Origin: Bacteroidota bacterium
GTDB taxonomy: Bacteria; Bacteroidota; Bacteroidia; Chitinophagales; LD1
Assembly: GCA_947478005.1 (NCBI GenBank)
Contig: CANJVG010000002.1
Location: forward strand, 5,463-69,462
Direction: 5' to 3'
Length of the DNA stretch: 64,000 nt
The translations under genes were made by a program, and so were the position numbers. The notes below the pieces were generated by a model. That model made no database searches and was not told the DNA's origin. It worked only from the letters and a program-made list of their open reading frames with translations. How positions within the stretch are numbered: position 1 is the first letter of the stretch; each line of letters begins with the position of its first letter. Of the stretch, positions 31,101 through 40,174 are shown piece after piece.

Positions 31101-32499
31101 ACTGAATAGTTGGAGCACTTCCGGTAATGGCCACGGCAGTAGTATCATATCCACTACATCCTCGCGTATTAGTTACAGTCACTCGATATTGTCCGGCACC
31201 GGAAATAGCTATCAAACTATCCGTACTTCCAGTGGACCAATGAAATTGTAAAGCATTCCACCCATTAATCGGAGCTTTTATTCCAATGAAATTTCCCGCA
31301 CACATACTTGTGTCCGGGCCAAGCGAAACAGTATTTCTAAATGAATCGCCAGTAATAGTTATGGTATCTGAATAAGCAAGACAATTGCCATCATTAACAG
31401 TGACATAGTAATCTCCTGAGGTGCTAACAGCAATAGAAGGTGACGTTTCACCAGTACTCCAAGTGAAGGTATAGTTAGAAAAAGACGAAAGCTGTGGTGC
31501 AATCGCAATTGTATCGCCTAAACAAATGATGGTATCCGATTTATTGATGTTTACATTAGGAAAAGTGACTTTAATCGTATCGTAAAGTTGTCTGCCGAAA
31601 ATATCAGTAGTGCGTACCCAATAGCTACCAGTTCGATTTACATTAATACTTGGGGTTGTTGCCCCGGTTGACCAGGTATAACTCGAATAACAAATGCCTC
31701 CAGTCTTCAATGTTACAGGACAAAACCCAAAGACAATGGTAGTATCGTTGCCTAAAGAAGGTGGTGGTGCGTATTTATCGGAAAGATATTTTTCAACCTT
31801 TCCTCTATCAGTTGGGGAAAGCGCGCTTTTGTATAAGACTATCTCTGCAATTTCTCCGCCAAAAAAACTTGAAAATGATGCCTTGCCAAGATTATAGGTT
31901 GCAGTATCTACAAACGCTGTAGCCGTTGAAGGTGGGATCCCGGGAACTCCGTTTCTAAAAAGAGTATCAGCGACTAAGAAATTCTTCTTTGCAGTGAATA
32001 GGTAGTATTGCGCGCTGGAATTACCATTATAAGCTATTGCTCCGTTGTTTCTAAGTTGTACAACAGCGGCTGTATGCCAAAGAAAAAAGCCGTTCGTCCC
32101 GATATTGCCTATCGAAAAAATGGAGCGATTGCCAGTAACCGGATTAGGCTTAGCTATAATAAATAAGGTAATGGAAGTGTTTCCTATACCGGAAATTGTA
32201 GGGCCGGTTAATACATCTGTTGTGCTATTAAAGCGGATAGCAGGTTTGCCACACAATTCAGCGGGCATAACAGAATCAGGTTGACTACCCGTTGTATTTT
32301 GTACCGCATCATAGCCATGACCGCTCACATCCTTCCATATACTTACACCTCCAGTACCCTGTGTTATACCACTATCTGCCTTTAACCACAATGTCAAGTT
32401 AGGCAAATCAGAAGGAGCAAAACTTTGAGAAAACAAATTGTTTCCTAAAAACAATGCATGTAAAAGAAAAAGTAAGCGGAATAAATTTTTCAACCTCAT
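25117..32499 (-). CDS. giant T9SS cargo protein: three tandem ~695-aa modules (LamG-like plus Ig/PKD-like), further PKD repeats, type A C-terminal sorting domain
   Basis: 2460 aa with a signal peptide. The motif F.P(S/T)(D/N)L.NL.LWL.AD recurs with its Trp codon at 32386, 30304 and 28213. There are many WNFGD/WDFG...NP.H.Y PKD-like units. C-terminus GPSPNPAFNQSTLGI...KVSIAIVDALGHYV...YFIRVTY. Confidence 0.85.
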   Translation of the reverse strand: MRLKNLFRLLFLLHALFLGNNLFSQSFAPSDLPNLTLWLKADSGITQGTGGVSIWKDVSGHGYDAVQNTTGSQPDSVMPAELCGKPAIRFNSTTDVLTGPTISGIGNTSITLFIIAKPNPVTGNRSIFSIGNIGTNGFFLWHTAAVVQLRNNGAIAYNGNSSAQYYLFTAKKNFLVADTLFRNGVPGIPPSTATAFVDTATYNLGKASFSSFFGGEIAEIVLYKSALSPTDRGKVEKYLSDKYAPPPSLGNDTTIVFGFCPVTLKTGGICYSSYTWSTGATTPSINVNRTGSYWVRTTDIFGRQLYDTIKVTFPNVNINKSDTIICLGDTIAIAPQLSSFSNYTFTWSTGETSPSIAVSTSGDYYVTVNDGNCLAYSDTITITGDSFRNTVSLGPDTSMCAGNFIGIKAPINGWNALQFHWSTGSTDSLIAISGAGQYRVTVTNTRGCSGYDTTAVAITGSAPTIQFVGDTICLGETYFPSNTTAPIDTPIAYNWDFGNSSQSTAPNPNYIYPDTGKYMVSLTATTNAGCSSTSSRSVLIKPNPMASFQTTVACINNSYQFSDLSTSPVGTSINFRDWNFGDTTIHSFVQNPSHFYLYPNNHPVTLIVSATNGCTDTLQNILPVVATYTLPDSPVLQQPTDNYQLGSQNINFVWSPSQNAVRYALLVSGDSSFTTAIASNNISATQYAAFVPSNPVYYWKVRAYNICNDSSESVRRLFTMFNPSNLGNLALWLEADAGITQHGDTVSQWSDQSGNGYHATQSNINNQPKRVYPAELCGKPALKFDGIDDILNGTTIPNIDTGSLSLFLVGKTYTTSGNRTFFSIGTSTTGMWMWHGGPTFEFRNNASQITTPIVANSYYLLDAVKSLNTNAKLYKNGLLTSTGALPALTAPFVNGDYSLGKLQAAFSYLQGEIAEVILYKGTLSTSSRQQVENYLFNKYSAPVNLGPDITVNYGFCPVQLNATNCYKTYSWSTNETTPTVNVNHSGVYFVEVTDIFGRISRDTVVVKFPNINLTVSDTTICFGDTVHIQTQLTSINGYSFHWNTGDSSTSIQANTSGNYYVQVSGNGCSSFSDTLTVVIDTFQNTVSLGSDTSMCAGNLIGIKTPAIGWAGFQFQWSTGETNAYAIVPDSGNISVTVTNNIGCKGSDAIYITKIGSTPNVFFTGDTICLGQNYVPQNNSVSADTSHISGYTWEFGEGGIATDAYPSYPYLNVGNYTVTLSVATNVGCLNYAIHTVLVKPVPLAAFQAGTGCTSAPFQFIDISTAPQGDSINQWDWNFGDDSAHSLIKNPPHQYISSNTYPILFIATASNGCSDTIIDTLLVVQNAPNPQAIYLQSPANNFQVISPTVTFSWAATQNASDYSLLISTNSNFSSPLTIDNIVATQHTTTVSGGQTFYWKVRAYNICGVYSESSIRIFTLFTPTDLSNLTLWLAADVGVTQNGGLVSVWNDLTPNNFSATQPDTTKQPRLVNPIELVKPALRFGGVDDVLGGALIPGIGSSSVSLFVIVKPNVTTGNRSIFSVGAANGLFLWHSAGRYEFRNNSQTAYGPTITSEYSLITAKKKLGAFDSIYRNSVPINGVLSAAAGAAVPDTNYVLGKAPFSTFFNGEIAEVILYKNNLNNTERQQVENYLYNKYSPPVDLGPDKNQAYSLCPVPIEAGIRFKEFLWSTGDTTHSISVSKGGTYWVRATDVFDRVSSDTIQITLPYAGMNTPDTAVCIGSSINIVPILPEGSLYTFLWNDSISVNPFYPTDSFGNYFCSIADSAGCILVSDTVRITIDSFPLISLLPVDTGMCSGNNLAIETGIYHPRNQLWSTGDTTVQITISTNGIFSVDVTDINSCNVRDSVAVTIKGIAPTAYFTASRACFGDSVHFLDSSVTIQPDVVSFWNWSFGDNEGSVLKNPSHSYPITGDFVATLYIKTDSGCTGSYSAPIKVFAKPEAKYSYPGIICAGNSSQFFDNSIVLPTDTIIQWKWWFNQTDSFNSKSVAYSFPTQGNIPVIFRVTTTNGCSDAITSFIEVFPSLDANFNFSQTCLGDSTKFVDITPSLSIVRWQWNYGDGSFFASLQNPIHRYLVPGAYNVSLAVENAIGCVDTISKNLLVVEQPIADFTNLSHCIDLSYTPKDSSSSPSEPIHRWDWNIGGTLFNNNHYPQSYFADTGNYTVKLLVTTNSGCRDSVSKIVQVHPNPVSLFAMAPLYGEAPVNVTFNNHSTNATSYIWNFGDGSAVSSAENTTHTYSQNDTFHIVLTATSDFGCSNTSSQTFYVSHTDLDLSVDAVESVSQVQNDGSVLINVKALMSNVGTRTITHILAYATLGTGGVIAEDWTGLLQSGQIMEDTFHARFVVAASNANSYVCVEVVEVNHGETELRTDNNRQCESLTGTMQLVGPSPNPAFNQSTLGIVLPKAGKVSIAIVDALGHYVMPETELDFPVGRSDFEIPTGLMLAAEYFIRVTYNEEKTVRKFILQK

Positions 32500-32532
32500 G
32501 GGGCTCTATGTTCTTATTCCCGAAAGTAGGCA

Positions 32533-33783
32533 TTATTCCCTCAACTCATTCCCTTTTATCAACGCCTCATAGACCTGTGCATACTTTTGAACACCTTTCG
32601 TAAGCGAATAAATTTCACCCGCAGCGGCAATAATCTTTTCTTTATTGAAAACCCTCTTGTCTGAAATCATTTTGTCAATGGCTTTTTGATACGCACTTAC
32701 AGAAAATTCATGTACCAAAATTCCGGATTCCAATCTTTCTGTTATTTCATCCACATCACCAACATGGGCATTGCAAACATGAGGAATACCCATTCCCATT
32801 ATTTCTCCCTGTTTGGTGGGTGATGAGGCTTGCTTTGAGAAAACAGGAAGAATGAAAAACAGATTCCAGTTTGACAGAGAAAGAAAGGTTGGTACCTCAT
32901 AATGCTTTGCAGGAGTAATCAAAAAAGCACTTTCGGGTATATTCTTCTCGATTGCTTTGTGCAAAATATTTTGAGGTAACTCGTTTGTAATAAACAGGAA
33001 CTTAGCATCCGGATGTTTTTCTAACAAACATTTAAAAAAGTCCAGCATTTCGCTAAGCATATACCATGTTCCTATGCTTCCAAGATAACTCAAAACAAAC
33101 TCATTTCCAGTAAGCTGAAATTTTGTTCGCAGTTCCCGTTTTAGTTTTTCGTCCACACTTTTTTGAGAAAACATTTCTAAATCGGCACAACAAGGAATAA
33201 CCTGAATAGGAATTGGTTGGTTAGGTATTTCATTTCGCGCATGAAGGATTTTCTTACCAGCATTGGTTAAGCTTACAGTATAATCCGCTTCTGTCAAAAA
33301 TTCCTTTTCCTTCTGTTTAAAGAATTTATATATGGAGTTATAGACAGGGGTTTTTCTATTCCAAATTTTCCCATCGACCCGTTCATCGGGATAAAATCCG
33401 CGCATATCGAACAGAAATTTTGTTCCGAACTTTCGCTTCATCCCCAGTCCAGCAAAGGCGGATATATAGCTGCGGCAATGAACAATGCTGAAATTCGTTT
33501 TGGCATTAAAAGCAAAAGATTTTTTCTGCATCCTTGCCAAGTCGTAAATGGTAGAAAGAACCGGTGGCTTCTTGGTATAAGAAAGTGGCTCCCAATGAAT
33601 ATTACTTCGCTTTAACCTTTCCGAAATTTCTTTCGAAAACTTTTCAAACCGCTCAGGTTTCTCAAAACTTATCAGCGTAAACTCATAGCCAAGCTTTGAA
33701 AGTCCTTCTAAATAGGGAATAACCTGGCTCTGCCCTAACGGATCTGTCATTCCATCGTAACTAAGGTAAAGAATCTTATACAT
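32533..33783 (-). CDS. GT-B fold glycosyltransferase (GT4-like)
   Basis: 416 aa. N-terminus MYKILYLSYDGMTDPLGQSQVIPY and C-terminal sugar-nucleotide-binding-like region PTKQGEIMGMGIPHV. Its start overlaps the asnB-like stop by 8 nt. Confidence 0.65.
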   Translation of the reverse strand: MYKILYLSYDGMTDPLGQSQVIPYLEGLSKLGYEFTLISFEKPERFEKFSKEISERLKRSNIHWEPLSYTKKPPVLSTIYDLARMQKKSFAFNAKTNFSIVHCRSYISAFAGLGMKRKFGTKFLFDMRGFYPDERVDGKIWNRKTPVYNSIYKFFKQKEKEFLTEADYTVSLTNAGKKILHARNEIPNQPIPIQVIPCCADLEMFSQKSVDEKLKRELRTKFQLTGNEFVLSYLGSIGTWYMLSEMLDFFKCLLEKHPDAKFLFITNELPQNILHKAIEKNIPESAFLITPAKHYEVPTFLSLSNWNLFFILPVFSKQASSPTKQGEIMGMGIPHVCNAHVGDVDEITERLESGILVHEFSVSAYQKAIDKMISDKRVFNKEKIIAAAGEIYSLTKGVQKYAQVYEALIKGNELRE

Positions 33784-35641
33784 GGACGATTGATGATTGA
33801 TGATTGAACAGCCACCGATGTAGAAGAATCAATACCCAAATTCTATTGAACAGATAAACTTCACCTTTTTCAAAACGCGCAACAAGTGTTTTCACTTTTT
33901 CGAATTTTACGGCTCCGCATTGCTTTACTACTTCTTCGCTCAAATATTTTTCAATCAAATAGTGTAAATCGGTTTTGAGCCATTTTGCTAAGGGAATAGA
34001 GAAGCCCCATTTTGGTCTTTCGAAAAGTTCTCTCGGCACAAAATCGTAGAGCACTTCTTTCAATAAATACTTTGCCACACCATTTTTCATTTTCAAATCT
34101 TCCGAAAGATTCAAGGCAAACTCTACAACCCGGTAATCTAAAAACGGGGTTCGGGCTTCGAGCGAAAACTGCATGCTTGCTATATCTACCTTGGTTAGTA
34201 AATCATCTTTCAGATAATACTTTATATCAAACAATGCCTGCTCTTCGGCCGCAGATAGCTTTCGTTTTGTTTCAAATTCCTCCTTAAACAAAACTTCGTG
34301 TTTGAAATCATTTTTCAACAAACCATCTAATTCCTTTTCGCTAAAAAAGTATTGCTCCTGCGAAAAGATATGGCTCTTCTTGTGCGCCTCGGTCCTGTAA
34401 TTGAAGACCTCGGCTCCGCGTTTATAACGGCTTCCCATTTGCGCAAGCGTCAACGAAATAGTTTTACGCAAATTCTTCACAAATGGATTGTCTAATCGTT
34501 TCGCCCAGGTATATGCTCCATAACCCATAAACAATTCATCGCCCCCATCACCGCTCAAAGTCATGGTTACATGTTGCCGAGCCAGTTTTGAAACCAGCAT
34601 GGTTGGAATGCCCGATGAATCAGCATAGGGCTCATCGTAGACTGTCATCATTTTATCTATGAGGCCGAGCGCATCGTTTTCGGTGACAATAAACTCATGG
34701 TGTTCTGTGCCGAGGTGTTTCGAAACCTTTCGGGCATATTCGCTTTCGTCAAACTTCGCTTCCTTAAAGCCAATCGAAAAAGTTTTCACCGGTTGAGCTG
34801 AAAGACTTTGCGCTATCGCTGTGACTGCACTTGAATCAATTCCTCCACTCAAAAAAGTGCCGAACGGCACATCGCTTATCATTCGATAGCGCACCGAAGA
34901 AGTGAGCAGTTCTTTCAATTCTTTTTTAGCAGAATCAAAATCTGTAACAACCGTTGTTGTAATCTTATCTTCGGGCTTCCAATAGTGAACTACTTCAAAG
35001 CCGTGCTTGTCAACCAAAGCAAAACTGCCTGCAGGTAATTTGTAAATAGATTGATAAATGGTTTCCCGCTCGGGGATGTAGCCGGCATATAAAAACGTGG
35101 GAACGACCCGCTTGTTAAGCGCGCTATTTTGCGCCACAAAATCAATAGCGAGCAATGCTTTTATCTCGGAACCGAAAGCAAAAGTGTTTTCGGCATAGAA
35201 ATAATAAAGCGGTTTTACGCCCAGCCGGTCGCGGAAAAGATACAATTGCTCTTTCTGCTTATCATAAATGGCAATGGCAAACATACCGTTGAGCAAATTC
35301 ACGAACTCAGCACCTTTCTTCTCAAATGCCTCCAGAATAATCTCTGTGTCGCTTGTGGTGCGCGCGGAAATATTCAACTGCTTGGCTATCTCTTGAAAAT
35401 TATAAACCTCTCCGTTAAATACCATGACGTATCGCTCGCTATGCGAAACCATCGGTTGGTTGGCGGCTGTGCTTAGGTCAATGATGCTCAGTCTGCGATG
35501 GCCAAGTCCGCAGGTTTTTTCTTCGTTTAAATAAAATCCCGCAGCATCGGGCCCGCGATGGCTTATCACATTCGTCATCGAATGCAAATCGCCCTCACTG
35601 AACCGCTTAGTGGGAGAAAAAAAACCGGAGATGCCACACAT
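33776..35641 (-). CDS. asnB: asparagine synthase (glutamine-hydrolysing) family protein
   Basis: 621 aa. N-terminal MCGISGFF (Ntn Cys2), HRGPD, and the PP-loop SGGIDSS. Confidence 0.85.
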   Translation of the reverse strand: MCGISGFFSPTKRFSEGDLHSMTNVISHRGPDAAGFYLNEEKTCGLGHRRLSIIDLSTAANQPMVSHSERYVMVFNGEVYNFQEIAKQLNISARTTSDTEIILEAFEKKGAEFVNLLNGMFAIAIYDKQKEQLYLFRDRLGVKPLYYFYAENTFAFGSEIKALLAIDFVAQNSALNKRVVPTFLYAGYIPERETIYQSIYKLPAGSFALVDKHGFEVVHYWKPEDKITTTVVTDFDSAKKELKELLTSSVRYRMISDVPFGTFLSGGIDSSAVTAIAQSLSAQPVKTFSIGFKEAKFDESEYARKVSKHLGTEHHEFIVTENDALGLIDKMMTVYDEPYADSSGIPTMLVSKLARQHVTMTLSGDGGDELFMGYGAYTWAKRLDNPFVKNLRKTISLTLAQMGSRYKRGAEVFNYRTEAHKKSHIFSQEQYFFSEKELDGLLKNDFKHEVLFKEEFETKRKLSAAEEQALFDIKYYLKDDLLTKVDIASMQFSLEARTPFLDYRVVEFALNLSEDLKMKNGVAKYLLKEVLYDFVPRELFERPKWGFSIPLAKWLKTDLHYLIEKYLSEEVVKQCGAVKFEKVKTLVARFEKGEVYLFNRIWVLILLHRWLFNHQSSIVHV

Positions 35642-35686
35642 AGTTTAATGCAGAAGTTTGAATATAGAATTTGGCATTAATACTTA

Positions 35687-36655
35687 TTACACTTTTGAAA
35701 AGGGATGGTTGCTCAGCGGAAACTTGCAAAGCGGATGAAACTCGCCTACCAGACCAACCGGCTGAGCATCGCGAATTTCGTTAGCTATACGAATACTCGG
35801 CAGTGCATCACTGACCCCAAATCCATTTCCTTTTAATATTTCTTCATAGCTGCGCGTGTGCAAATCTGTAAACCCATCGCTGAACTCAATTTCCTCACCT
35901 TCCAATGTCATACTTCTATAGGTGCGCATATTTTTTTGTTTGGCACTTTCGGGAAGTGTGTCTGCGTTAATACTTAAGAACCACCGAACCCTGGCCTTTG
36001 CAAACTCCAGATATCCCGCAGCGCGGTCATGGGTGTGCAGATGCACCATGTTCTGTTTTACCTCACCAAACAAAAAGCTGAGCATATCAAAAAAATGGAT
36101 GCCGATATTCGTAGCAATTCCTCCGCTCTTGCTCACATCACCTTTCCAGCTGGTGTAATACCAATTGCCGCGCGAAGTGATATAGGTCAAATCAAAATCG
36201 TAAATTTTGTCCTTTTCGCCTTTTTCAATTTTCTCTTTCAGTTTTAAAATATTCGGGTGCAGCCGTAATTGAAGAATGGTATTTATCTTTTTCCCCGTTT
36301 CTTTCTCAAGTGCAATAAGCGATTCTGCATTTGAGGTCTTAAGGACCAGGGGCTTTTCACAAATTACATTCGCACCAATACGTAAACCAAAACGAATGTG
36401 GGAATCATGAAGATAATTTGGAGAGCAAATAGAGACATAGTCAAGTGGCGTCCCTTTTCGCATCAATTTATCGATATGACGATCAAAACGCTCGAACTCC
36501 ACAAAAAATGCAGCATCCGGGAAATAGGAATCCATAATTCCAACGCTGTCAAAAGGGTCATAGGCGGCCAGCAACGAATTGCCGGTATCCTTAATAGCTT
36601 TTAAATGCCGCGGTGCGATGTAGCCCGAAGCACCTATCAACGCAAAATTCTTCAT
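35687..36655 (-). CDS. Gfo/Idh/MocA family sugar-nucleotide oxidoreductase
   Basis: 322 aa with Rossmann N-terminus MKNFALIGASGYIAPRHLKAI and EKPL. It lies in a polysaccharide-type cluster with the asnB-like and glycosyltransferase genes. Confidence 0.75.
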   Translation of the reverse strand: MKNFALIGASGYIAPRHLKAIKDTGNSLLAAYDPFDSVGIMDSYFPDAAFFVEFERFDRHIDKLMRKGTPLDYVSICSPNYLHDSHIRFGLRIGANVICEKPLVLKTSNAESLIALEKETGKKINTILQLRLHPNILKLKEKIEKGEKDKIYDFDLTYITSRGNWYYTSWKGDVSKSGGIATNIGIHFFDMLSFLFGEVKQNMVHLHTHDRAAGYLEFAKARVRWFLSINADTLPESAKQKNMRTYRSMTLEGEEIEFSDGFTDLHTRSYEEILKGNGFGVSDALPSIRIANEIRDAQPVGLVGEFHPLCKFPLSNHPFSKV

Positions 36656-36791
36656 GTAGCAATAATAGGAAAAAGAGAGAGGATAACACGCCCGACAATA
36701 TTTCTACAGGGGAATTATGTTAAGCTAAAAACACAAAATGCTCCTTTAAAAAATTCTAAGTTTGCGGCACTAAAAACTTCAATACAAAAAC

Positions 36792-37844
36792 ATGATTAAC
36801 GTTTCTCTGCTTAAAGAAATATGCGAATTGCCGGGTGTTCCGGGTCACGAACAAAAGGTGCGTGAGCTCATTAAACGCGAACTCAAAAACATTGCCGATG
36901 ATATTTCTATTGACAATATGGGTAACCTTATTGCGGTGAAAAAAGGAAAGAGCAGTGCTAAAAAAGTGATGGCTGCGGCTCACATGGATGAAATAGGTTT
37001 TATTGTTCATCATATTGACGAAAATGGTTTTCTGCGGTTTCACCCGCTCGGAGGTTTTGATCCTAAAACCCTGACTGCTCAACGTGTGGTAGTGCATGGA
37101 AAGAAGGATGTGATTGGCGTAATGGGCACTAAACCCATTCACTTGATGTCAGCCGAAGAACGTGTAAAGCCGCTACATCTCACCGATTTTTTCATTGACC
37201 TGGGTATGAGCAAAAAGGAAGTGGTAAAGATTGTGTCTATTGGAGACACGGTTACCCGCGAACGCGAACTGATTGAAATGGGCGATTGTGTAAACTGCAA
37301 AAGTATTGACAACCGTGTTGCTGTTTTTATTCTGATTGAAACACTTCGTGAACTGAAAGATAAAAAAATTCCTTTTGATTTCTATGGCATTTTTACGGTG
37401 CAGGAAGAGGTGGGTATTCGCGGAGCACAGGTGGCGGCTCATCATATTGGAGCTGAATTCAGTTTTTGTATTGATACTACTATTGCCTTTGATACTCCGG
37501 GCGCCAAACCCGAAGAGCGGGTGACTTCGCTGGGTGATGGTGTAGCCATAAAAATTATGGACTCTTCCGCCATTTGCGATTACCGCATGGTGAAGTACAT
37601 GAAGGAACTGGCCGACAAAAACAAAATTAAATGGCAACCGGAATTGTTACCTGCTGGCGGAACCGACACGGCCGGTATGCAGCGTATGGCTCCAAACGGA
37701 ACTATAGCCGGAGCGGTTTCTATTCCTACCCGTCATATACATTCGGTAATTGAAATGGCGCACAAGGCCGATATTCGAGGCAATATTGATTTGCTGAAAC
37801 TTTGCCTTAGCAATTTGGATAAGTATGATTGGAGTTTTAAGTAA
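36792..37844 (+). CDS. M42 family aminopeptidase
   Basis: 350 aa with LKEICELPGVPGHE, AHMDEIGF, DNRVA, QEEVGIRGA and GGTD. Confidence 0.8.
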   Translation: MINVSLLKEICELPGVPGHEQKVRELIKRELKNIADDISIDNMGNLIAVKKGKSSAKKVMAAAHMDEIGFIVHHIDENGFLRFHPLGGFDPKTLTAQRVVVHGKKDVIGVMGTKPIHLMSAEERVKPLHLTDFFIDLGMSKKEVVKIVSIGDTVTRERELIEMGDCVNCKSIDNRVAVFILIETLRELKDKKIPFDFYGIFTVQEEVGIRGAQVAAHHIGAEFSFCIDTTIAFDTPGAKPEERVTSLGDGVAIKIMDSSAICDYRMVKYMKELADKNKIKWQPELLPAGGTDTAGMQRMAPNGTIAGAVSIPTRHIHSVIEMAHKADIRGNIDLLKLCLSNLDKYDWSFK

Positions 37845-37874
37845 ATCCCTAAAAGGAACTTAAATACAAGAACC

Positions 37875-38123
37875 ATGTGGACCGAAGAAATTTTACCTGA
37901 CAAGTCAGGCAACGCGCTCAAAAAGACTTTCCTCTTCAAAGATTTCTCGGAAGCCTTTGCTTTTATGACACGCGTTGCTTTGCTGGCAGAAAAGCAGGAC
38001 CATCATCCTTACTGGGTAAACGTTTGGAACCGCGTGGAGATTACGCTAAACACCCACAGTGCAGGCAATATCGTTACCGAAAAAGACAGAAAGCTGGCAG
38101 AGGCAATTGACAAACTTGTCTGA
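37875..38123 (+). CDS. 4a-hydroxytetrahydrobiopterin dehydratase
   Basis: 82 aa with F.F.DF..AF.FM..VAL.AEK.DHHP....VWNRV.I.L.TH, typical of PCD/DCoH. Confidence 0.8.
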   Translation: MWTEEILPDKSGNALKKTFLFKDFSEAFAFMTRVALLAEKQDHHPYWVNVWNRVEITLNTHSAGNIVTEKDRKLAEAIDKLV

Positions 38124-38211
38124 AAACAAAAGCACTTTCATTTTTTGTGTGAATCATTCGCCTTTCACATCAAATTATGCGTATTACCTTTGAAGAAGGG
38201 ATACTGCTTTT

Positions 38212-39993
38212 ATGAGAATACTTAAAGTTGGCTTTTTGTTGGTGCTTATTGTTTTAATGAACACTTCGTTTCATAAAACAAGCCAACGAATGGTAGCCGC
38301 TTCTTCCACAAAGCCACAAGTCGATACGGTTCTCCGTGCCAAAACTTATCCTCAAAACTATTTCTCTTCTCCACTCGACATTTCTCCTTTAACCATAGTC
38401 GGTAATTTTGGTGAGCCGCGCAGACTGCACTTTCATACGGGGCTCGATTTGCGAACCAATCAGGAAGAGGGCCATGCCGTGTTTGCTGCGGCTGACGGCT
38501 ATGTTTCGCGTATCAATGTATCTGGCGCAGGTTATGGAAACGCACTTTACATTACTCACCCGAATGGCTATGTAACGGCTTATGGTCACCTCCAAAAGTT
38601 TAACTCGAAATTGATGGCGCGCCTGCGCAAAGAGCAGTATGCCAAAGAAAATTTTGCAGTTGATTTTAATTTATTGCTCGATGAAATGGTGGTGAAGAAA
38701 GGCGACACCATTGCCCTGAGCGGCAACACTGGCGGCAGTGGCGGGCCACATCTTCATTTTGAAATCCGCGATTCGCTCGAGAAAATTTATAACCCTTTAT
38801 TGTTTGGTTATAAACTGAAAGACGACCTAAAACCCATTGTCAGTTATCTGAAAATTTATCCTTTGGGCGATTTGAAATACACTTCGGATGGTTACCGCAC
38901 GGCCGTTGCGAACAAGAAAGGAATTTATGAAGTGGCCGGTGGACTGGTGAAGGTGAATGAAGCGCGGGTGGGCATTTCGATAAACACCTTTGATGTCATT
39001 AATCTCTCGGATGCGCATGTAGGCATCTACAACATTACGGTTTTTGATGGCGACAAAATGATTTACGAATATCAAATGGACGGCATCGCTTTTTCCGATA
39101 AACGCGATGTGCTGAGCCATACCGACTATCCTATTTTCATCAACGAAGCGCACCGCACTTTTCATAAATGTTTTGTAGAGCCCGGCAACCACTGCCCGGT
39201 CTATTGCAGTTTAGACAACAGCGGCATCATCAATTTGAGCGATGAAAAGCCGCACGATATTCATGTGGAGGTAAGTGACTTTGCGGGCAATGTGGCGCTC
39301 GTAAAATTCAAATTGCAGCAGGATAAACTCTGCACTTTGTTTAAAGTGAAAGAACTGAAATACACCGCGCGTTTTGCTTACGACACGGTCAACGAATTCT
39401 CGAACCCCGATATAAAAATGACGCTGCCCGTGGGTTGTTTGTTCGACAATGTGTTCTTCAATTTTTCTTCGGCCCTTTCTACCGAGCCTACTGTTTTCTC
39501 CAAAATATTTCAGCTCGACAACAGCAACACACAGGTGTTCGACTGGTTCGACCTGCGCCTGAAAACCGAGAATCTGAACCCCGCGCTGGCCGACAAAGCA
39601 GTAGTAGTATATAAAGACGGCACAGGCGCCACCACCTCGCGCGGAGGCAGTTTTGAAGTGGGCTTTATAACCACCAGGGCGCGCGAGTTCGGCACTTATT
39701 ATATAAAGCTCGACACCACCGCTCCGCAAATAAAAATGATGAACCTGGTAGCCGGCCACAACATGCGCAGTGCCAAAAAGATACTTACCAAAATAACCGA
39801 CAACCTCTCGGGCATTGTTGATTTTGATACTTATATAGATGGCCAATGGGTCGTTACCGATTACGATGCCAAGTCCGCCACCCTTACCCACACGCTCGAC
39901 CAAAACCTCGCGTCCGGCCAGCATATATATAAAATAGTGGTGACCGATGAACGAAATAACCGCGCTGAGCTGGCGGTGAAGTTTGGGATGTGA
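38212..39993 (+). CDS. M23 family metallopeptidase with large C-terminal extension
   Basis: 593 aa with LHFHTGLDL, ...GYGNALYITHPNGYVTAYGHL and GGPHLHFEI. The ~380-aa C-terminal region has no recognised domain. Confidence 0.8.
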   Translation: MRILKVGFLLVLIVLMNTSFHKTSQRMVAASSTKPQVDTVLRAKTYPQNYFSSPLDISPLTIVGNFGEPRRLHFHTGLDLRTNQEEGHAVFAAADGYVSRINVSGAGYGNALYITHPNGYVTAYGHLQKFNSKLMARLRKEQYAKENFAVDFNLLLDEMVVKKGDTIALSGNTGGSGGPHLHFEIRDSLEKIYNPLLFGYKLKDDLKPIVSYLKIYPLGDLKYTSDGYRTAVANKKGIYEVAGGLVKVNEARVGISINTFDVINLSDAHVGIYNITVFDGDKMIYEYQMDGIAFSDKRDVLSHTDYPIFINEAHRTFHKCFVEPGNHCPVYCSLDNSGIINLSDEKPHDIHVEVSDFAGNVALVKFKLQQDKLCTLFKVKELKYTARFAYDTVNEFSNPDIKMTLPVGCLFDNVFFNFSSALSTEPTVFSKIFQLDNSNTQVFDWFDLRLKTENLNPALADKAVVVYKDGTGATTSRGGSFEVGFITTRAREFGTYYIKLDTTAPQIKMMNLVAGHNMRSAKKILTKITDNLSGIVDFDTYIDGQWVVTDYDAKSATLTHTLDQNLASGQHIYKIVVTDERNNRAELAVKFGM

Positions 39994-40145
39994 GAAATTG
40001 CCTCTGGCACAAAAACAAAATCAAGATTCATGGGGTTCCCGCGAGGCGCGGTCGCGCTATCCGTTACAAATGCGCCTCGCATTCACGAATTCCTTTAAAA
40101 TCAATTATAGCATGAGTAAGTCCTCGCCCCAAAGCGGGCTCCGGG

Positions 40146-40174
40146 CTTTCCACTACTATCGCTAACCCAACAGC
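40146..40174 (+). repeat. direct repeat copy 1 (CTTTCCACTACTATCGCTAACCCAACAGC)
   Basis: Matches 40704..40732 at about 26 of 29 positions. The copies are 558 bp apart and bracket GC-rich palindromic noncoding DNA. Confidence 0.7.

Noticed and set aside
39211-39924. 237-aa antisense ORF inside the M23 peptidase gene
   Set aside because: The sense frame carries the M23 catalytic motifs and is longer. The antisense product is Gly/Arg/Val-rich with no motif.
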